From positions 12,090,001 through 12,154,000 of the forward strand of contig NC_058375.1 of assembly GCF_018350175.1 (NCBI RefSeq): DNA of 64,000 nt, given 5' to 3'. Source of the stretch: Felis catus (taxonomy: Eukaryota). Below the pieces are notes generated by a model. It saw only the letters and a program-made list of their open reading frames with translations. It was not told the DNA's origin and did no database searches. The position numbers and the translations under genes are program-made. Shown one piece after another: positions 1 to 11,837 of this stretch. Every line of letters starts with the position of its first letter. The stretch's first letter is position 1.

Positions 1-113
1 CTCACGCCGCAGGGGACCAAGGCACAGAGCTGCGGGGAGCCCGCCGGGCCACCTCATGCCACCCCTCCCGCCCAGCCCAGCATCGGCGTGTGCGCGCCGG
101 CCCTGACCCCTAC

Positions 114-193
114 CTGACTTGGCAGAAGGCCTGTTGGCTCTCAATCCAGACGTAGCGCTGGCCCCGGAAGAGGTAATATCGCAGCTTCCGCTG
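114..193 (-). CDS. ATP13A2: ATP13A2 coding exon 6 (80 bp; [27 protein letters not shown]); gene continues past the window start
   Basis: atgcag acceptor and gtaggg donor; translation matches recalled ATP13A2 [23 protein letters not shown]; phase fits the preceding exons. Confidence 0.95.
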
Positions 194-453
194 CTGCATG
201 GGAGAGAGAAGAGGCTGGAAAGCAGCCCCAAGAGGGGCTGGGGGGTGGGGAGGGCAGGGGTAGAGAGGCCGGAGTCACAGGAAAGAGGGAGGGAGGCCTG
301 GATGTGTTAAGGTGCTCAGCCGGCATCGGGGCATTTGGGACAATGGAACCGGAGGTGCCTGGGGAGCGTGGAGTCCAATCCATCGCTGTATAGAGCGTGA
401 AAGTGAGGCCCAGGGACGGGTAAGGACTTGTCCGGACCCAGCTGTCCACTCAC

Positions 454-568
454 TGCCTCTTCGTTCCTGCAGAACTGGGTGGTGTCCTTCCATGCACCCT
501 CTGGCACTGCCCCCACAGCCGCCTGGCTCCGGCCGTCCTCCGCCTGGACCTGGGCAGGCAGCTCCAGG
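454..568 (-). CDS. ATP13A2: ATP13A2 coding exon 5 (115 bp; [38 protein letters not shown])
   Basis: cccag acceptor and gtgagt donor; [21 protein letters not shown] motif is in ORF 316..663(-). Confidence 0.93.
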
Positions 569-736
569 CTGGGAGGGGTGTGGGGGTTACCGCGGCACTC
601 TGGAACGTTCCAGCACCACCCCATCCCCACGGAGCCATGGTCCCTCCCGGGGGTGCACGGCACCAGGGTCAGAGCCTTTGTGGGAGGAGGCCGGTGGGGA
701 GCAGGGGCTTCTGGGAAGGGTGATGGGCTGCCTCAC

Positions 737-795
737 CTGCTCTCACTGATGGCCTCCGTCTGCACCTGCACAGTATACAGCTGCCACGAATTATC
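737..795 (-). CDS. ATP13A2: ATP13A2 coding exon 4 (59 bp; DNSWQLYTVQVQTEAISES)
   Basis: ttccag acceptor and gtgagg donor; matches recalled DSSWQLFTVQVQTEAI. Confidence 0.95.
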
Positions 796-1120
796 CTGGA
801 ACACAGAGGTGTGGACTTGGTCCCAGAGGAGACTCCTCCCTTCCCAGGCCCCACCCTGCCCACCCTGCGGCCCCTGCAGGGATCAAGGACGTAGATGATC
901 CTCCTCTCAGGAGCCACCTAACCTGTCCCTTCTACCCACTGCTCAGCCGGGAAAGCTGAGGTCCAGAAAGGACAACCTGTGTAAGGTCCCACAGAGATTC
1001 CGGGGCCGGATCGGGCTGAGAACCCGAGCAGGATCCATCGCCTTCCTCCCCCTGCATCGGACCCTCTCCAGCGCCAGACCCACCCCACCCTCTCCTCTGC
1101 CCCTGCCGGCCGGGACTCAC

Positions 1121-1521
<401 letters not shown>

Positions 1522-2167
1522 TCATGGCCGGGGGGGCGGGGCGGGGGGGGGGGCTCCTCCTGCTCCTGTTTCTTTAAACATAACAAGCATTGTCATTTTG
1601 TGGCCCCTACAGAAGCCGCGGCTGTTTCCATGCAGCCGCTGTGGTCAAAAAGGAGCCGAGGTGGCTGTTCTCCCTGACGGTCACGGTTCTGTTTGCCATA
1701 ACTGACCTGCAACATTTTGGGAAAAGACAGTCCCCGCCGTCCCTGCCAACTCTTGGGTACAGAGTCCTTTGCTAAAACTGGCATGTTTCCAGAGGTCAGG
1801 AGAAACGTTCCATGGGTGGGGTCTCGCATATAGTTGTTACCAGAAGGAGCCTTTCGAGAACTCGCCTGCTGAGACCAAGGACCCGTCCGGAGGGGCAGAT
1901 GGGAGCGGGCTGGACACGTGTACTGGAAAAGACCTGTGTGGTGCTTTGGGTCCTTGCCCTGAAAGGCTTAAGGTGTCAGTACCAGCACCAAAGGCAGTCA
2001 AACCTTTCCGTGGCGCTTTCCGTGCGTGGGGATCCTGGGGTCAGGACCGCGACGGAGCACAACCCCCTCAGGACCTGGCTGCCCCCAGGTTTCCTGGCAG
2101 CGTCTGATTCTGAAGACGCTGAAGACGCCAGCTTGTTGCTGATGCCGTGTTCAGAGTGAGGTCTGCT

Positions 2168-2369
2168 GGGGCGCCTGGGCGGCTCGGTCGGTTAAGCCTC
2201 CGACTTCGGCTCAGCTTATGACGTCACGGTTCGTGGGTTCGAGCCCCGCGTCGGGCTCGGTGCTGACAGCTCGGAGCCTGGAGCCTGCTTCCGATTCTGT
2301 GTCTCCCTCTCTCTCTGCCCCTCTCCCGCTTACTCTCAAAAATACACATTAAAAAAATAATAATAATAA
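2168..2369 (+). mobile_element. Can-SINE (SINEC_Fc-like) with 13-bp TSD AGTGAGGTCTGCT
   Basis: GGGGCGCCTGGG head, CT-rich body and A tail; TSD at 2155-2167 and 2370-2382. Confidence 0.92.
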
Positions 2370-4208
2370 AGTGAGGTCTGCTGCTCACAAAGCCGTGTCT
2401 GTGATTAAGCTCCCCTCATTCCCCTAGTGTTTCTCTCCCAACTGTGAACCCATAACCACCTGGCCTGACCAATAAAAGACTGAAGTAAAAAGCATCGCTG
2501 TTTTATAAACTGGTCTGACGGATCTAAGAGCAGTGATCTGGCTGTTCTACTGGTTCTCACTCACCATGTCGAGCTCCTTTGTGTGTCTGGCTCTCTCTGG
2601 CTGGGTGTCGGCTCAGAATGCGGTGGGGGACAGGCCCTGGGGGGAGGCACCCTGAGCTTACATCGCCCTCACACATCTAGCTGGTAGTTTCCTGGGAGCC
2701 ATGTGCCCCTCTTTTCCATCTGGTCCCCACCCTGAGGGCAGGGATCAGGGCTGCTCCTCCTTGGTCAACTCCCATGCCCGGCAGAGTCCTGGCAGCGAGG
2801 AGATGCTGAGAAGCCAAGACGTCAGGCCCGCCTCTGATGGCAGCCAGGAAAGGGGCCTCCACTGCAAAGGGGAACTGGGGAGGGGTGAGGGGAGGGAGGA
2901 GCCCAGCCAGTGGGGGGGTGGGGTGGGCAGAGAGGAGGGTTCGGCTGCAAAGAGAAGATGCTGTGTCCCAGCTGAGCAGTTACCAGGGTTCCTTACTTAA
3001 CCTCTGCAAAGGGAGGGCTATCACCCCCATTTTACAGATGGGAGAACTGAGGCTCAGAGAACAGCACTAGGTGGCTCTATTGCAGAAATTCTGTTTACTT
3101 CTGTGTCCCCAGCTGTAGAGCTGTGGTCCTGGCAGGGCGGGCAGGCAGTGAATGTTCCAGGGCTGCAGACGGGGTGGGCTCACGGCTCCCACATGCAGGT
3201 GCCTGGGCCCCTCCCCAGACCTGCTGGAGCAATGGCAGGAGCCTCTGGAAAAGCTCGCTTAGAGGGATGGGAGGGCCGGGCAGGTGGGGGCGGGCTGCAG
3301 GTTTCCCAAGCTCCCGTCCTTTCCCCTCCCCAGAGGAGCCCTGCACAGCCCTGGCCTAGAAGTTTCCACCAACGAGCCCAGAGTGTCCCAGGCCGCTGCC
3401 ACTGTCATAAACATCCCCAGCCCCTCAGCTGCTCTCTCCCCCAAACACTTGGGCTTCTGAAACTTTCCAAACAGCCAACGCTTCCGAAGGCCCACTGTAC
3501 ACACATACCCTCTGCTCCTGGCCCTTTTTACATGGTTGACCCAATAACCCTGCCATGGGAGCTCAATTATTAGCCCCTTTCTATAGAAGAAAAGGAGGCT
3601 CAGAGAGGTTAAGTCACTTGGCCAAATCACACAGCAAGTACACGGGAGCGTCGGGATGCAAGTCCAGGCAGGCTGACTCCAGGGTTTTCTCCCTCTGCTG
3701 GACCACCCGAGGACACCCTGAGGATTGGGGCCACGGGTCCCCATCAGGCCACGCAGATCTCCTACCCCAGCCCCCATATCGCCACGTAACGACGGTGATA
3801 ATAATTACTATGGTAATGACTATAAAAAGAGCAGCCAACAGCCAATAAGCACTTCCCGGGTGACAAGACCCACCGGGAGCATCCCTATGAATTAGCTCCT
3901 TTACCCTCCAGCAACGCGAGGAGGCCGACTCATTTTTCTCATTTTACAAATGAGGGAACTGAGGCTCGGAGGGACAGAGAGCCCCAGGTAAATGATGGAG
4001 CCAGGAAGCTGGAGCCAGATCCTGTGTTTTGGGGGCCCATGTGGGCACTTTCAGAGACCAGGGCTCATGGCCTGCACCTCCCTAGGCCTCTCTGAACCTG
4101 ATGAGTCAACAACCAATTAAGCCCCAGAAGCCCCACCTCCAGCCAGTCCCTCCCCTGCCCTGTCCACTTGGCTGACTCAGAACACAAATGGAGCCTCAGC
4201 TCAGGGAC

Positions 4209-4213
<5 letters not shown>

Positions 4214-4242
<29 letters not shown>
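4214..4242. repeat. (CA)n microsatellite
   Basis: Direct inspection. Confidence 0.95.
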
Positions 4243-4244
<2 letters not shown>

Positions 4245-4994
4245 CCTGGGTGTCTGGCCGGCAACAGAGTCTCAAAGCCGGAAGGGCAGGAGGCCAGGTC
4301 AGCCTTCTTCCCTGGGGTTCACACAGGTCCCAGACCAGGTCTCCTGAGATGGTCCCTTTCACTCTCTGCTCCCAGCCCAGTCCAGCTTGTGAGTGAGGCT
4401 TAGCAGAGCATCACTTCCTTCCCTCCCCAACAGCAGCCTGCAGACGACACACAGCAGGAGGGCCCTCTGCTATCTGGTGTGGCCTGGGGGTGGTGCTCAC
4501 TAGGGTTCCGGGCCTGGAGGAGGGGGGGCAGAGAAGCAGGCATTTGGGGCAAGTGACACAGCCTGGCAAGCTGGGTTCGCAGGTCCTTGGCCACCCAAAA
4601 AGCCACAGTCTTCTCTCGCCCCACTTCCAAAGGGGACAGTCCCAGTTGCTACCAGAACCCCAGCCATCTCTTCTGCCAGACAACGGCTCCCCGAGTGGGG
4701 CAGGGTGGGGAGTTTCTCCTTTAAGGGTGATCTCGGCTGGTCCGAGGTGTAAGGGAAAGAGAGAGCATCTTGGGGTGATAAGGGGTTGACACAGGCCGGG
4801 CATCGTTCCGTGGGCTTTGTACACATTAACTCACTCAATTCCTCACCACAACTCTATGAAGAGGGGACTCCTTTTACCCCTATTTTACAGATTAGGAAAC
4901 TGAGGCCGGGAGGGGTGAAGTAAGTTGCCCAGACGCCACAGAGCCGGTGAGTGGCGGGATCCGGATCCAGGCGGTCTCGCGCAGGGGTCCGTGC

Positions 4995-5232
4995 TTTTTT
5001 TTTTTTTTTTTTTTTTAATTTTTAAGCTTATTCATTTATTTTGAGAGAGACAGAGACAGTGTGAGTAGGGGAAGGGCAGAGAGAGAGAGAAAATCCCAAG
5101 CAGGCTCTGCACTGTCACCACAGAGCCCGATGCGGGGCTCAAACGCATGGAAACGATGCATTTGAACCGATCATGACCCGAGCCGAAACCGGAGAGTCGG
5201 ATGCTCACCCGACTGAGCCACCCAGGCGCCCC
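4995..5232 (-). mobile_element. Can-SINE inserted into an older MIR
   Basis: Poly-T tail on the left and head on the right; flanks agggtccgYgc; MIR core (tttacagat..gaaactgaggc) immediately to the left. Confidence 0.88.
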
Positions 5233-7841
5233 TAGGGTCCGCGCCCTTAACCACTGCCCTACCGTCCTCACGGCTGTCTTCGTCCGAGCCCCTGGCTCCC
5301 TTACAGGCAAGCTGTGTTTTGTGAGGCAAGTACCTTAACCTCTCTGGGCTTCCATCGCCCCTCTCTGGGAGCATAACCCTGAGCAGCTGGCACATGACGA
5401 AGCGAGAGTAGCCGCCACCCAGGGGTGTCTAAAGTTCCTGAAGCGTGGCCAGTACACGTGGCAGAGGCTGGCTTCCCTGCCACGGAAGGGCTCTGCCCTA
5501 TTTCTCAGGCTCCCCTCTACTTTCCCATCACCCCGTCTGAAACCCACAGTGTCCCCTGCTCCCCGGTGCACACTCAACAGCCTCTCCGGGCTAACTGCTC
5601 GGGATGGGGAAGAAGCCTGCGGCACGCCGGGCCACCCAGAGCGGGTCGCTTCGCTGATCTGGTTTCATCCTGCAACCATCCTGCCATTTACCCCACTTAA
5701 CAGGTGCGAAGGCTGAGTCCTGGGGAGGCACTTTGCCCACCGACTTGTCCCAGCTGGAAAGGATCTGTCTCGCTCCCCCGTCCTCTCTGTCCGCCTCAGC
5801 CACACCCACTGGCAGCCATCACAGCATCAGGCCTGCACGGGCGTCCCCCTCCGGCTCACAGTGCCTGGCACGAGGCTGGGACTCTGGAACCGTTTACTGA
5901 ATGAACGAACGGCCGAGGCACGCCTGCACGTCTCGCTGACATGACAGCACCGGCCCCTGCCTCCGGGCCAGTCAGCTGCCAGGTGCAGAAGTACGGGCCT
6001 CGTCTTGAAGGGCCCTGCCAGAGATCACCCTGTGCCACCCTCGTTTGCTCGCTTCCCCCAGGCCCCAAACACCGTTCCCTCTGGGCAGTTCTTCCTGGTG
6101 CCATCACACACCCCTCCTTTCAGGACGGGATGCTCCCCCAGTCAACCTCGGGAGGAAGGAAGGAAAGAAAGAGGGGCTTGGAGGAGGAAGTCAGATCTAT
6201 GGAAAAGTCCAGCCTAGAAAACTCTGGTCTTCCAGCAAGATCAAGGCTAGGGCACTCTCTCCCTCCAGCAGGACACTTGTCAAGACACTGGCAAGTGCCT
6301 GTTGATCTCCTGTCACGTCTCAGCTCCCCAGGAATGGCACAGGAGGATCAGGGCAGTATCTGATCTCTTTCAGTATCACTAGCTCAGGCTGGCCCAGAGC
6401 GGTCTGTGCGGTGTGGGATGAGAATACTTTTCAGGATGATTCGGTTGCTCTTCTGAATAACAGTGACTGAGGGGCAATTATCATCTCATTTTAGAGTAGG
6501 GAAAACTGCGGAACAAAGCTTCAAGATGCCTCGCCCAGAGACCTACAGCTCGAAAGGGCAGAATTCCTCTTAGCTCATCCTCGCAGCCGCACCGTGAAAG
6601 CGATGGATTTGGATCCCATTTAAAACGAGGCACAGAGAGGCTGATGAATATGTCCACAGTCACACAGTTATGGGTGGTCAAGACTAGACTTGAACCCAGC
6701 CTGACTCTGCAGCCCTGGGGCAATGCCACCAGCACTCCAGAGTGAAGGGGCTGCAAAGCCATCTGAGAACCTCTCGTTTCCTGCGGAAGCCCCAGCTTCC
6801 TGCTGGTGACCTGGCAGTGGCCCAGGGCACCAGCACTGCCTCCTCCTGCACTGTGCTTCCCCCGTGGCCAGAAGCTCCTCTCCTCTGCCAGGCTAGGGGG
6901 GAGAGGAACAGCCTGCTAGTAGTAATCCGATCTTTGGGTCTGGTGTTCGGAGGGTATCTTTCCTCAGCCTTCCCCCTTCCTCACCCCCCCCCCCCCCCCC
7001 CGTGCACTCCCAGCTTCCGGTGGGGTGGCAGCAGTGGTTGGGGAGAGAGGTGGGAGGTGGGGAGGGAGAGCCCAGAACTGAGCCTTCTGCGACTGTACAG
7101 CATGCTCGACCTTTGGTGGGCCCTCTGCTGAGGCCTGAGTGACTGACTTGGAGATGAGACCTCCCCCCTCCCGGAGAAGAGCGGCCCCTTCTCAGCAGGT
7201 GGGATTTAATTTATACTCAGAAAAGGGTGGGCTTGGGACACGCGGTCTGGGAAGGGTCACAGGCAGGGTGTGGTCCTCGGACCCGGGGTGTTGACAGGCT
7301 TCCTCTGGAGGCCTGAGGCAGGAGTGGCATTTTGTGTCCAGGGCACTCTGACCCAGGGACTCGGGAGCCTGGCGTCTCCAACCCCATTCATTCATTCATT
7401 CTTCATTCATCCAAGAGGAGTAAGCACCCAGAGGCCCCGGATGCGGCGGCGTCCACGCATCTTCCCCATACCTGCGGCCTTTTCCCCCGCCCTGGACATC
7501 CGTCACTGAGGGAGGGAGTCCAGTGGGAGTGGGGCATCTCCCCGCGCCCCTTCCCCGCGGGCCGCCAATCACCCTCGTGCACAGCGCCCAGGGCTGCTGG
7601 AAAGCAGGGAGGCGACGGTTCCGCGCGGCGCCATCCCCGGGCTCCTGGCCTCTCTGGGAAGGGTCCCCGCGCCGACTCCCCCAGGAGGGGGCCGGGATGG
7701 GTGCGGGCATGCCTCCGGAGGTCGTTCCCCTGGCCTGCGAGCCTGCGGTGGGGGTGTCGCGCCACGGCAGGCGCGACGACAGGAGGCCCAGGAGGCCCGG
7801 GGACCGCGCCCTGTTCGGGGAGGCCCCAGCCGCGGACTCAC

Positions 7842-7851
7842 CTGCGCTCAT
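7842..7851 (-). CDS. ATP13A2: ATP13A2 coding exon 1 (ATGAGCGCAG; MSA plus first base of D), lysosomal P5B-type polyamine-transporting ATPase (PARK9)
   Basis: ATG inside the CpG island followed by a gtgagt donor; joins exon 2 in frame to give MSADSSPLVG. Confidence 0.93.
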
Positions 7852-8117
7852 GCCGGCTCCTCGCGCTCATCGCCGGCCCCGGCGCTGCGGCCCGTGGCCC
7901 GGGCCCGGGCGTCGCGATGCCCCGCGGCGGGGGCGCGAGGCAGGAGGCGGGAGGCGGCGGGGGGTGGGGTGCGGGGCAGAAGTCCGGTGGCGCGAGGTGG
8001 TCCGAGGCACCTGCACGGGAGCCGGCTGCCGGCGCGGCTGGGACGGTGCCGCAGTCGGGGTGTGAGCGCAGCCAAGCCCCGCCCGGCCCACTGCGGCCCC
8101 ACGTCCGCCCCGCGCGC

Positions 8118-8139
8118 GGGCTGCCGGGACTTGTAGTCC
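8118..8139 (-). promoter_or_regulatory. ACTACAnnTCCC motif (ZNF143/THAP11-HCFC1 type) in the ATP13A2 promoter
   Basis: Minus strand reads GGACTACAAGTCCCGGCAGCCC, about 270 bp upstream of the ATG. Confidence 0.6.
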
Positions 8140-10958
8140 GAGCCGCCTCCGCCGCCCGCGTAGAGGCGGATCCACCTCCCGAGATACACAGACCCGGAGG
8201 GGGGCGCCGGTGGGGCGGGGGTGCGGGGTTCCGACAGGGACCGTCAGGAACTCCGACGGCCAGTCCTCAGACACGTGAACACACGGACACACACTCAGAG
8301 ACGGTAACCTTCAGACACACAAACACCAGTGCACAACACCCCTCCCACGCCACCCAGATTCACACACAGAGGTGTGACATTTAGAGAGAGGACAGCAGCC
8401 CTCAGGCGCACCCACACAGACGCACACACAGAGGCAGGGCTCTGTTTCAGGGAAACAGGACAGCTCTGGCCCAACAACACACAGGTACACAACAACCTCA
8501 GATACACGCATACAGAATCACACACAGAGGTGACACGTAGAGACAACACACACATACGCAACGGTGATGTGATGCTCAGAAACACAGCTATGACAACCCC
8601 CTACCAACGCACGGCACGCACAGAGTGGGCCCCAGATACTGGTCAAGGGCTATGTAGCCTGGGTCAAGCTGGCCTCCATCTTTTCCAGGCTGGGTGACCT
8701 TGGGCAAGTCACTTGACTCTCTGGGCCTCCCTTTTTAACCTACGGGATGGCAATGACATTAGCGATGCCTGCTTTCACAGCGTTGTGAGGCTCACATGAG
8801 GAAAGACATCAAACACTTGGGACAGTAGCTGGCACGGCTCACTAAATGTCAAAAAAGGAAGACACACCCGCCCAGAGACTCACACAGTCAGATACGCCCC
8901 TCAGAGATAGGCGTGGGCACGGGGAGACTGCAGTGATGCACGAGAAGCCTCTAAAATGCCGGAGAAATAGCGGAGGTATAACCCAGGCCTCAGAAGCCTC
9001 ACCTCATGACTGCGGATACACCTGCACAAGTGGGACGCACGGAGGCCTCATACCTGTATGCAGCTTGTGACACTGCCAACATGGCGTCCCCTGACCCTGG
9101 GGTCGGTGGCTTCTGGACCAAGGACCTCCAAAGGCAGAGGGTGAGCCAGAGACCCCCAGGGTCTGGAGTAAATCAGGGAACGATCATATCAGGGCCAAGG
9201 ATGGGACCTGTCATCTATCCAATATGTTATCTATCCAATTGTCATCTACCCAATATGATCTATGGCGTGCCAAGCAGTTCTAGAAGCTGGGAACACGATG
9301 GTGAATAAAGCAGACACGGGGAACAGCCAAAGGCAGGCAGAGGAAAACTTCCAACAATTGCCTGTCATGGAAAGGGCTGGAAGAAGCCAGAGCTCCGATG
9401 GGGGTTTATGGTGTAGGATGGACTCCAGAAGGGAAAGAAGGGAAGGCCTTGACAGTGGCTGAAACAGCAAGAGCTCGATACGTCCATTTGCTAAAGGGAC
9501 AGATGTTGGCAGGACCCTCTCACGGGTGGGACGAGAACGTGCAGGAGTACGGAATCAGCTATGCTCCAGGGTTCAGTTCTGAGCAGATGCGGGACAGTGG
9601 AGCCACTTACCGAGCTGGGAGGCTGCTGGCCTAGCAGCTTGACTGCCTGGGGGACGAGGCTGGCTTCACTCAGTTCAGATAAGTCCTGTGTCATCTGCCG
9701 ATGACATTTCCAGTGCGGGCAGGCTAACTTCTCACAGTCCCCATTTCTTCCCCCAGGGCTTAGCTCAATATGCCTGATGGACGTCCTCCCCGGGGAGCCC
9801 AGACCCCGACAGCAGGCACAGTGGCTGGGTGTGGAGAACCAGCCTGCCAGGATGACCTTGCCAAGAGGCAGCGTGGTCCTGGGGCTGGGGCTGGGCTGTG
9901 ACACCTCTCCTGGGTTGGGATGTGCATCAGGCACTTTCTAGCTGTGTGAGCTTACAAAAGTCACTTTCCCTCTCTGAGCCTCTTTCGCTGCTCAGAGGGT
10001 GAAGTGAGATAGCAGGTGCTTGGTAGAAGCCAGTTGCTGTCTTTAGGTCCTGGCGCTGGGCTAGAAGCTTCATGAGAGCAGGGGGCTCAGATACCCCACT
10101 GCGAGGTTGGTTCCCTCGCCCGCCCCCCGCCCCCGTTCCTACTGCTTGGCTTGGAAGAGGCTCCACCCTCTACGGCCATCTAGGGAGGAGCCACACCTGC
10201 CGCTCTGCCCATCGCCTTCATGGGGCAGGAAGCCAGAGGAAGCTTCTTCCCAAACCACAGAGGATGTGGGAGTCTCTGCCGTCTGCTGGGGTTACCTCTG
10301 GGGAAGTGGCTCTCCCTGTGTGGTCCTCTGAGTGGTTTGTGGGTTGGGCTCCAGGCACCTGTGGGTCAGGACCCATCAAGGAACTTTCCTTGCAGGGCTG
10401 CTGCTCCCTTGGGGACGGACGAGAAAGACATAAAATATGTGCGGTCCACGTGGCCAAAGGATTGAGAAGTCACTAGTTTGGACCAGTTGATTCTAGAGTG
10501 TTGCCTTACTTCTCAATTTCTCCAGCTTCACTAGATTTTGGCCATTCTCTCACCTAGTGACAAGATGATGGCTGTCCAGACACATGAAGTGGGGTTTCAG
10601 CAATTTGCTTTATAGTCTCCTGGGCAAAAAGGAGAAGGGCCAGCGAGAATTTGGGTGTTGGGGTCTGTTGGTGGCATTCTGTCCCTGCGCCCAGTGAGTG
10701 GTCAGTGGGACATGAGAAATGAGCATTGTTGGTTCCGCCCAGAAAAACCATCCTCTGAGTGGGAGGGAGGTCCCTCACTCTGGTCAGGCGTGTCAGAAAC
10801 GTCCCGGGTCGTCAAGTCCAAGAGGCCAGGAATAGAAGGCCTGTGTGGTCCCTGTGGCACTGAGTGGGCCTTGCATGTCGTGGGTAGTTGAAACAATCAG
10901 TTGAATTGTGTTTCTGGAGCATTTGCTCTACCGCAGGCTAGATGCTTTCTCATTTATC

Positions 10959-11407
10959 TTTTTTTTTTTTTAAATTTTTTTTTTCAGCGTTTTTATTTAT
11001 TTTTGGGACAGAGAGAGACAGAGCATGAACGGGGGAGGGGCAGAGAGAGAGGGAGACACAGAATCGGAAACAGGCTCCAGGCTCCGAGCCATCAGCCCAG
11101 AGCCCGACGCGGGGCTCGAACCCACGGACCGCGAGATCGTGACCTGGCTGAAGTCGGACGCTTAACCGACTGCGCCACCCAGGCGCCCCATCTTTTTTTT
11201 TTTTTTAACGTTTATTTATTTTTGAGAGAGAGAGACAGAGCATGAATGGGGGAGAGTCAGAGAGAGAGGGAGGCACAGAATCCAAAAGAGGCTCCAGGCT
11301 CCGAGCAGTCAGCACAGAGCCCGACGCGGGGCTCGAACTCATGGACCATAAGATCATGACCTGAGCCGAAGTCAGATACTCAACCGACTGAGCCACCCAG
11401 GTGCCCC
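10959..11407 (-). mobile_element. Two head-to-tail Can-SINEs (10959-11189 and 11193-11407)
   Basis: Two complete reverse-oriented SINE bodies, each bounded by ATCTTTTT. Confidence 0.92.
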
Positions 11408-11598
11408 ATCTTTTTGAAAACTAATGTTAAGTAATTATTTAAAAATTTTTCAGCTTTTTTGAAGTATAAAGGATTCCCTTCATTGAGTTAACACATCTAT
11501 CACCTCACATACTTACTTATTTTTTGAGTAAGAACTTAACATTTATTCTCATTGAGACTTGAACCACAATTCTAGTAGGCGAATGCTGTTAATGCCCG

Positions 11599-11837
11599 TT
11601 TTTTTTTTTTTTTTTTATTAAATTTTTTTTTTTTCAACGTTTATTTATTTTTGGGACAGAGAGAGGCAGAGCATGAACGGGGGAGGGGCAGAGAGAGAGG
11701 GAGACACAGAATCGGAAACAGGTTCCAGGCTCTGAGCCATCAGCCCAGAGCCCGACGCGGGGCTCGAACTCACGGACCGCGAGATCGTGACCTGGCTGAA
11801 GTCGGACGCTTAACCGACTGCGCCACCCAGGCGCCCC
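11599..11837 (-). mobile_element. Young Can-SINE (SINEC_Fc-like), TSD TGCCCGTTTT
   Basis: Nearly identical to the copies at 10959, 36939 and 48429. Confidence 0.92.

Larger units (their letters stand above)
7430..8280 (-). promoter_or_regulatory. CpG island covering the ATP13A2 promoter and exon 1
   Basis: Very high GC and CpG density, with multiple GGGCGG/CCGCCC GC boxes around the start codon. Confidence 0.85.

Noticed and set aside
2168-2250. tRNA-like A/B box sequences
   Set aside because: These are the tRNA-derived heads of Can-SINEs; I found no intact tRNA cloverleaf gene.
2559-2567. ATG|gtgagt in ATP13A2 intron 1 as an alternative first exon
   Set aside because: It is a phase 0 donor, while exon 2 needs phase 1; splicing would give a short out-of-frame peptide, and there is no promoter evidence.
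7332-8384. 350-aa plus-strand ORF and many overlapping ORFs at the ATP13A2 promoter
   Set aside because: These are CpG-island artefacts: G/P/R/A-rich, open in most frames, with no recognisable domain.
8280-8620. CA-rich quasi-periodic stretch upstream of ATP13A2
   Set aside because: It is degenerate low-complexity sequence with no consistent repeat unit or array structure.
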